A model generated the notes under the pieces. It ran no database searches and was not told where the DNA came from. It was given only the letters and a program-made list of their open reading frames with translations. Shown here one piece after another: positions 16,506-21,018 of a stretch of 21,018 bases of DNA; the stretch's first letter is position 1; every line of letters begins with the position of its first letter. This DNA comes from an uncultured Clostridia bacterium (GTDB lineage Bacteria > Bacillota > Clostridia > Christensenellales > Aristaeellaceae), in assembly GCA_937886445.1 (NCBI GenBank), contig CALGBY010000131.1:1-21018 (forward strand), given 5' to 3'. The position numbers were made by a program, and so were the translations under genes.

Positions 16506-17620
16506 TCGTGAACGCGAACGCCCTGATAGACGGAAAATTTGTCAAAAATGCCTGTGTGCGCTTTTTTGAGGGCGTGATCAGCGAAGCAGGCACGGGCCTT
16601 TTGCCCTGCGCGGGCGAGCAGGTGAAGGATCTTGAGGGCCGCGCGCTGCTGCCGGGCTTTGTGGATGTGCATACCCACGCCTGCATGGGTCATGACACCA
16701 TGCAGGGCGAGCAGGCGGTAAGGAGCATGAGCCGCGTGTTTGCCGAGCATGGTGTGGCGGCCTTTCTGCCCACCACCATGAGCGCCTCCGCGGAGGACAC
16801 CCGGGCGGCGCTTCGCGGCATTCGCGCCGTGATGAAGGCGCAGGAGCCCTTCGGGGCGCGGGTGTGCGGCGCGCACATGGAGGCCCCGTTCATCTCCCCC
16901 GAAAAGCACGGGGCGCAGGCGGGCGTGCATCTGCGCGCCCCGTCAAAGGAGCTTTTCCTCTCCCTGTGCGATGGCGACCCCTCTGTTGTTCGCCTGATCA
17001 CGCTCGCGCCGGAGCTTGAGGGCGCGGAGGAGCTGATATGCTATCTGGTATCTCTCGGCGTGCGGGTGAGCTGCGGGCACACAACGGCCACTTCAGAGCA
17101 GACGCGCCGCGCTGTTGATCTGGGGCTGGACCACTCCACCCACACCTTCAACGCGCAGCCCCCGCTTTTGCACCGCGCTCCCGGCGCGGCGGGCGCGCTG
17201 CTGACCGATGACCGCGTTTACTGCGAAATGATCGCCGACGGCATTCACCTGCACCCGGATATCCTGAAGCTCATCTTCCTTTGCAAGGGCAGGGAAAAAA
17301 CGGTGGCCGTTACCGACAGCATGGAGGCCGCGCTGATGCCGGACGGGCGGTACGCGCTGGGCGGGCAGGCGGTGTATGTAAAAAACGGCGAGGCGCGCCT
17401 TCAGGACGGCACGCTCGCCGGCAGTGTACTCACTATGGAAAGGGCCTTCCGCAATCTGATCGCCTTCGGCTTTTCGCCGGAGGACGCCGCGTATATCACC
17501 ACCGCCTCCCCGGCGGACAGCGCCGGCATCCGGGATCACGGGCGTATCCGGAAGGGCTGCCGCGCGTTTTTCACCGTGTGGGATGATGAATGGAACAGGA
17601 CGGAGATCATCAGCGGATAA
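16499..17620 (+). CDS. nagA: N-acetylglucosamine-6-phosphate deacetylase (amidohydrolase superfamily)
   Basis: Motifs PGFVDVHTH, HMEAPFIS, CGHTTAT, HTFNA, IADGIHLHP and VTDSM match NagA metal and substrate motifs. GTG start with GGAGG 8 nt upstream; it overlaps the mfd stop (GTGCTGA). Confidence 0.8.
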   Translation: MLIVNANALIDGKFVKNACVRFFEGVISEAGTGLLPCAGEQVKDLEGRALLPGFVDVHTHACMGHDTMQGEQAVRSMSRVFAEHGVAAFLPTTMSASAEDTRAALRGIRAVMKAQEPFGARVCGAHMEAPFISPEKHGAQAGVHLRAPSKELFLSLCDGDPSVVRLITLAPELEGAEELICYLVSLGVRVSCGHTTATSEQTRRAVDLGLDHSTHTFNAQPPLLHRAPGAAGALLTDDRVYCEMIADGIHLHPDILKLIFLCKGREKTVAVTDSMEAALMPDGRYALGGQAVYVKNGEARLQDGTLAGSVLTMERAFRNLIAFGFSPEDAAYITTASPADSAGIRDHGRIRKGCRAFFTVWDDEWNRTEIISG

Positions 17621-17647
17621 ATGTGCGTCAGAACGGCCGAATATATG

Positions 17648-17676
17648 TTGTATCATACTGCCGATGCTGATATAAT
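17648..17676 (+). promoter_or_regulatory. Strong sigma-A type promoter with extended -10
   Basis: TTGTAT (17648-17653), a 17-nt spacer ending in TGA, then TATAAT (17671-17676). It lies about 100 nt upstream of the BI-1 family gene. Confidence 0.55.
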
Positions 17677-17784
17677 GAATATGTACCGCATGTTCTTTAT
17701 CACACTTTTCCGTGCCGCATCGCGCGGTACTGCCTGAAACCAATGTACCTTCCTTTGATGATAACGGATGAAAGGAGCAATTTT

Positions 17785-18540
17785 ATGCAGAATCACGATT
17801 TGCGTGACAACAGAGACCTTGAGCGGGCCGAAAAGGCAAGCGGCGCGCTGCTCGCCTTCGGCAAGGAGGGCCGTGAACGCCGCCTGAACGCGGATTACAC
17901 CGGCCAGACCATCCTTTCCTCCCGCGCCTACAATGGTGTGCTGATCGGCACCGTGGTGTGGGGGCTGGGCCTCGCGGCGCTGCTGTGCGCGCTGGTGGGT
18001 AACATTTACGATTATATCAATCCCCTGCTGTTCATCGTGCTGTATCTGGCGCTGGGCATCGGCGGTATCGTGTTGGCGCAGAAGAGCAGCAACCCCTGGG
18101 TGAGCTTTATCGGCTTCAATATGCTGGCGCTGCCCATGGGTCTGCTGGTATCCACGCTGGTAACGGAGTATCTTGAAGCGCCGCAGCTGGCCGATGTGGT
18201 GTGGCAGGCGCTGCTCTACACCGCGCTCATCACGGTGGGCATGCTGGGCACTGCCATGGTGTTTCCCAATTTCTTCTCAAAGCTTTCGGGCATTCTGGGC
18301 GGCGTGCTCATCGGCCTTGTGCTGTGCGAGCTGGTGCTGCTCATCTTCGGCGTGCGGCAGCAGGTGACGGACTGGATCGCCGCCGGCCTCTTCTCCCTGT
18401 ACATCGGCTACGATGTGTGGCGTTCCCAGCAGTTTGAAAAAACCGCCGATAACGCGGTGGATTGCGCGCTGGACCTGTACATGGATATCATCAACCTGTT
18501 CATCCGTCTGCTCAGAATACTGGCGAAATCAAAAGACTAA
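17785..18540 (+). CDS. Bax inhibitor-1/YccA family integral membrane protein
   Basis: Start trimmed to ATG 17785, which has AAAGGAG 7 nt upstream. Seven hydrophobic segments. The C-terminal signature is ...SLYIGYDVWRSQ.....DNAVDCALDLYMDIINLFIRLLRIL, typical of the BI-1/YccA family. Confidence 0.82.
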   Translation: MQNHDLRDNRDLERAEKASGALLAFGKEGRERRLNADYTGQTILSSRAYNGVLIGTVVWGLGLAALLCALVGNIYDYINPLLFIVLYLALGIGGIVLAQKSSNPWVSFIGFNMLALPMGLLVSTLVTEYLEAPQLADVVWQALLYTALITVGMLGTAMVFPNFFSKLSGILGGVLIGLVLCELVLLIFGVRQQVTDWIAAGLFSLYIGYDVWRSQQFEKTADNAVDCALDLYMDIINLFIRLLRILAKSKD

Positions 18541-18541
18541 A

Positions 18542-18560
18542 GGGGGCCTTGCGGCCTTTT
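18542..18560 (+). terminator. Possible small intrinsic terminator after the BI-1 gene
   Basis: GGGGGCC-TTGC-GGCC followed by TTTT. The stem is short and partly G-U. Confidence 0.3.
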
Positions 18561-18600
18561 CGAAAGCAAGCGGGGCGTTACCCGCTTTCGCGCGATTGCA

Positions 18601-18749
18601 TCCATTTCCTGTAAAAAGGCGTTTCCGCAAAATGCGGGAACGCTCTTTTTACGGCCGAAAATGGATATCGGAAGCGGCTTTCAGCCGCTCCTCGGCGACG
18701 CGCATGTCGCCGCCTGCGGAATGGAAATCGAAGGGCTGCGGCCCTTCGA
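18601..18749 (+). repeat. Structured intergenic repeat, copy A (120-nt multi-hairpin core plus 22-nt palindrome)
   Basis: The core at 18601-18720 holds a long imperfect hairpin of about 70 nt (TCCATTTCC/GTAAAAAGGCGTTTCCGCA...TGCGGGAACGCTCTTTTTAC/GAAAATGGA). Hairpins AGCGGC-TTTCA-GCCGCT and CGGCGAC-GCGCAT-GTCGCCG follow. The palindrome TCGAAGGGCTGCGGCCCTTCGA is at 18728-18749. The reverse complement of this copy recurs at 20389-20538. Confidence 0.85.
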
Positions 18750-18906
18750 TGCATCCCGGAGAAGAAACGGGGGCTGCGGCCCTTCGATGCATCCCGGAGA
18801 AGAAACGGGGGCTGCGGCCCTTCAATACTACCCGGAGAGGAACGCGATGCAACCCAAAGGAGCAAACGGGGCTGCGCCCCTTCGATATATCCCGGAGAAA
18901 GAACGG
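18733..18906 (+). repeat. Tandem array of a 38-bp unit
   Basis: The unit is GGGCTGCGGCCCTTCGATGCATCCCGGAGAAGAAACGG. Copies at 18733-18770 and 18771-18808 are identical. A diverged, expanded copy starts at 18809, and a fourth copy is at 18869-18906. Copies abut directly, with no spacers. Confidence 0.85.
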
Positions 18907-18932
18907 GATTTTTCGAAGGGGCGCAGCCCCAT

Positions 18933-18975
18933 CATTAACTCGGTCGCGACCGAGTCAGTGGTGACCGAGTTAATG
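18933..18975. repeat. Nested/alternative palindromes downstream of the surface-protein gene (possible terminator)
   Basis: CATTAACTCGGTC (18933-18945) pairs with GACCGAGTTAATG (18963-18975). A perfect 18-nt inner palindrome, ACTCGGTCGCGACCGAGT (18938-18955), competes for the same arm. Confidence 0.6.
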
Positions 18976-19043
18976 AACCTTAGCGGACGGGAACAGATAG
19001 ACCAACTGAGAACTGTAAACGAATAACTATTAACTGTCATCTG

Positions 19044-19967
19044 TCATCTGTCGCTCTTCTTAGCTTTCCTGCACAGCATCAGCATGGCAAGGCAGCTCAC
19101 CGTCAGCGCCGCCAGCCAGAGGCCGGGCACAGAGGTATCGCCGGTGGGCGGCGCGGAGGTGACATGCAGAACGGCCTCGGCTGAGGCCATTTCCCCGCCC
19201 TTCGCGTTTGTTACCTTGCAGTAATACCGGAACCCGTCGCAGTTCTTTGTTACGGCGGTGGTAACATAGGAGGTGCCGTTCGCGCCGTTGATCTCTCTCC
19301 AGCCCTTACCGTCATTGCGATCAATATACCACTGATAGGAAAGATCGCTTCCGTAGGTGGTAAGGGAGAATGTCGCTTTCTTGCCGGGGGCGGCAGTCCG
19401 GTCAGTCGGCTGCCGTGTGATGCCCCAGTCCTCACCGGATGGCGCGGCATCGCTGTCCACCGTGACGCTTTCAATATACATATGGTATTTGGAGCCGCCG
19501 GTCACATAATCATTGTAAAAGAGCTTGATGGCATTGGAGGCTCCTTCTGTGCAGTCCATAAAGTGGATACGGAGGCCGTGTAATTTGGGTGTAAAGGTCG
19601 TTATCTTATCATAGAATTTCCCTATCATATTGCCATATTTGTCTTCAACAACAAGTGTGAAGCCGGAGGTGATATACTTCTTATTCTCTGTGCTTACAGT
19701 ATTGTATGTGATCAATGCTTCCTCATAGTAACCGCTTTTTTCAACTGTAAGATGCAGATTTGTGATGCCGTTATCTTTGTCACTGTATACGGTGGTATCC
19801 GTCCTGTCCATACCATTCCACAGAGACGCGCGATCATTCGGTTTACAAGTATGTTTTGTGCTTGCATACGCGTTTTGCGGCACGCAAAACAGGCAGAGCA
19901 TCACGGTCGCGCACAGGAGCGCCGCGGCGCGTGCGGCTATCCGCCTGATCTTCATCATTTCCGGCAT
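19044..19967 (-). CDS. Cell-surface protein: signal peptide, unknown N-terminal domain, Ig-like domain, sortase-type C-terminal sorting signal
   Basis: GGGAGGG RBS lies 7 nt upstream of the ATG. The signal peptide ends in AYA|S. An Ig-like module spans aa 183-270 (ITRQPTD...YQWY...G..W..I.GA....Y......DGF.YYC.V.N..G...S..A.LHV). The C-terminus is APPTG (19140-19154) plus the hydrophobic stretch LWLAALTVSCLAMLML plus an RKAKKSDR tail. Confidence 0.85.
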   Translation of the reverse strand: MPEMMKIRRIAARAAALLCATVMLCLFCVPQNAYASTKHTCKPNDRASLWNGMDRTDTTVYSDKDNGITNLHLTVEKSGYYEEALITYNTVSTENKKYITSGFTLVVEDKYGNMIGKFYDKITTFTPKLHGLRIHFMDCTEGASNAIKLFYNDYVTGGSKYHMYIESVTVDSDAAPSGEDWGITRQPTDRTAAPGKKATFSLTTYGSDLSYQWYIDRNDGKGWREINGANGTSYVTTAVTKNCDGFRYYCKVTNAKGGEMASAEAVLHVTSAPPTGDTSVPGLWLAALTVSCLAMLMLCRKAKKSDR

Positions 19968-19999
19968 CAGGATCCCTCCCTTTTATATTACTGCATATG

Positions 20000-20028
20000 A
20001 TTATAGCACAGGTCGAATGATATTTGAA
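20000..20028 (-). promoter_or_regulatory. Sigma-A type promoter of the surface-protein gene
   Basis: The minus strand reads TTCAAA (20028-20023), a 17-nt spacer ending in TGC (extended -10), then TATAAT (20005-20000). It lies about 32 nt upstream of the ATG. Confidence 0.5.
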
Positions 20029-20150
20029 ACGTGCTTTCTCAGACGATACCGATCTTTTTCAAAAATCCTTCGGGGTCATATACCGGTATTTCTGCCTCAC
20101 GGTAATGATCCGGGTTTCTTGTAATGATGCAGTCAACACCGGCCCTTTGC

Positions 20151-20272
20151 GCGGATGGGCGACATGCGCGTCGCCGAGGAACGGCTGAAAGCCGCTTCCG
20201 ATATCCATTTACGGCCGTAAAAACAGCGTTTCCAGTGCATACGCTTCACCGAAAACGCCTTTTTACAGGAAA
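20151..20272 (-). repeat. Structured intergenic repeat, copy B (diverged, inverted relative to copy A)
   Basis: GGCGACATGCGCGTCGCCGAGGAACGGCTGAAAGCCGCTTCCGATATCCATTTACGGCCGTAAAAA...CCTTTTTACAGGAAAC aligns with the reverse complement of 18601-18720. The central hairpin is diverged. Confidence 0.75.
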
Positions 20273-20311
20273 CTTATGAGCCGCGAGAAAGCATGTAACG
20301 TCCTGCTTCCG

Positions 20312-20410
20312 TTCGAAGGGGCGAAGCCCCGTTCCTTCCGTGGGATGCATCGAAGGGTCGCAGCCTGTTCTACCCCCTTTGGGCTGCATCGAAGGGCCGC
20401 AGCCCTTCGA
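20312..20410 (-). repeat. Diverged copies of the 38-bp unit family in inverted orientation
   Basis: CCGTTCCTTCCGTGGGATGCATCGAAGGGTCGCAGCC (20329-20365) matches the reverse complement of the 18733 unit. TCGAAGGGGCGAAGCCCC and TCGAAGGGCCGCAGCCCTTCGA palindromes are also present. Confidence 0.75.
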
Positions 20411-20538
20411 TTATATATCCGCAGGCGGCGACATGCGCGTCGCCGAGGAGCGGCTGAAAGCCGCAACCGCTATCCATTTCCGGCCGTAAAAAGAGCGTTT
20501 CCGCATTTTTGCGAAAACGCATTTTTACAGGAAATGGA
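20389..20538 (-). repeat. Structured intergenic repeat, copy C (inverted partner of copy A)
   Basis: Hand alignment of 20418-20538 against the reverse complement of 18601-18720: the first 47 nt are identical, with about 7 substitutions and 1 indel over about 120 nt. The adjacent 22-nt palindrome (20389-20410) mirrors 18728-18749. Confidence 0.85.
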
Positions 20539-20544
20539 TGTATC

Positions 20545-20615
20545 GAATGAAAGCAGGTAACGCCCTGCTTTCATTCGCAGCGAAAGCAAGCGCGGCACTG
20601 CCCCGCTTGCTTTCG
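20545..20615 (-). terminator. Two consecutive strong hairpins after the GG-leader gene (likely terminator; also the outer part of the repeat family)
   Basis: GAATGAAAGCAGG-TAACGC-CCTGCTTTCATTC is a perfect 13-bp stem (20545-20576). CGAAAGCAAGCG...CGCTTGCTTTCG is a 12-bp stem (20581-20615). The hairpins begin 8 nt after the stop at 20623. No clear U-tract. A related hairpin lies at 18561-18592 on the other side of the spacer. Confidence 0.4.
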
Positions 20616-20622
20616 GAAACTG

Positions 20623-21018
20623 TCAGGATGGAATGCTGTTAACCGCGTTTGTAAAGGCAGCCCAGGTACTGCTGAGAACCGGTTCCAATTTGAGACCGCT
20701 GATTTCGGAAGCAATATCGGAATGAACATTCTTTGCCCTGTTTATGTTAAAACGCTGTTTGGAGTTGACAAAGGAGCAAAACTCATTGCAGAGCCAGTTT
20801 ATAAGACTCTTATTCACCGGGTCGAAATTCCCTTCCTGAAATAAACTTGCGAAATTGCGTGCCATTGCGGCAGCTTGGGCGCAGCGGGGGTCGTCCCACT
20901 GGATACCGAGACTGCCCTGTGCTCCGCCGGCGATCTGCGCGAGCTCTTCCATACTCATGATTTCTGCGGCCATTTCGACAGGTGCTTCAACCTTGTTGGT
21001 GATCGGTTCTTCCTTCAT
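20623..21018 (-). CDS. Double-glycine-leader exported protein/peptide precursor (5' end at or beyond the window edge)
   Basis: The ORF reaches the window end. Residues 21-32, MSMEELAQIAGG, match the class II bacteriocin/PCAT leader consensus LSxxELxxIxGG. A 99-aa Cys-containing core follows. Hand-counted GC is about 45%, well below the flanking core genes. Confidence 0.7.
   Translation of the reverse strand: MKEEPITNKVEAPVEMAAEIMSMEELAQIAGGAQGSLGIQWDDPRCAQAAAMARNFASLFQEGNFDPVNKSLINWLCNEFCSFVNSKQRFNINRAKNVHSDIASEISGLKLEPVLSSTWAAFTNAVNSIPS

Noticed and set aside
18728-18930. CRISPR array interpretation of the 38-bp repeats
   Set aside because: The units abut directly with no unique spacers, copies are diverged or expanded rather than uniform, and no cas genes or leader are present. 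They behave like REP/BIME-type palindromic units.
18413-19040. ORFs translated through the repeat region (18413-18964, 18578-18865, 18649-18852, 18661-19026, 18828-19040; also 20263-20466 and 20276-20560)
   Set aside because: ORFs overlap in several frames and on both strands, give Arg/Gly/Pro/Ala-rich repetitive translations that mirror the DNA repeats, and lack RBSs. These are artefacts of repeat DNA.
19762-20124. 120-aa plus-strand ORF spanning the surface-protein 5' end and its promoter region
   Set aside because: It is antisense to a well-supported gene with RBS, signal peptide and sorting signal. It shows no RBS or motifs and runs through the predicted promoter.
18601-20538. Phase-variable invertible promoter switch (inverton)
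   Set aside because: The best promoter (20000-20028) and its gene lie together inside the inverted repeats, so inversion would not uncouple them. The repeats are much longer than typical invertase sites, and no recombinase gene is present. The possibility of whole-segment inversion is kept in the cassette finding only as something to test.

Overview
GC-rich (hand count about 63% in core genes) Firmicutes/Clostridia-type chromosomal segment that looks origin-proximal. All calls come from reading the sequence and recalling motifs; no searches were run.

Left part, minus strand: dnaN and a UvrD/RecB-type helicase-nuclease (addA). They are separated by a 590-bp spacer that carries a Bacillus-style origin-unwinding module: abutting DnaA boxes, a GC spacer, (TAG)4 DnaA-trios and an AT-rich DUE. 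No dnaA gene is adjacent. Two perfect parS palindromes sit just upstream of addA.

From about 6.3 kb a co-directional plus-strand block follows: ychF, an ATP-grasp protein, a peptidoglycan-binding secreted protein, a PflX-like radical SAM protein, an ABC exporter, pth, mfd, nagA and a BI-1/YccA membrane protein.

The last 2.5 kb is the only clearly accessory part. A low-GC, sortase-type surface protein gene lies in a 2.1-kb repeat-dense spacer bounded by inverted copies (about 150-190 bp) of a highly structured repeat, with 38-bp tandem palindromic units. It is followed by a partial low-GC gene whose product carries a textbook double-glycine (LSxxELxxIxGG-type) export leader ahead of an unusually long core of about 99 aa.

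No tRNA, rRNA, CRISPR array, transposase or integrase was recognised. Many long antisense ORFs in the track are GC-driven shadows.
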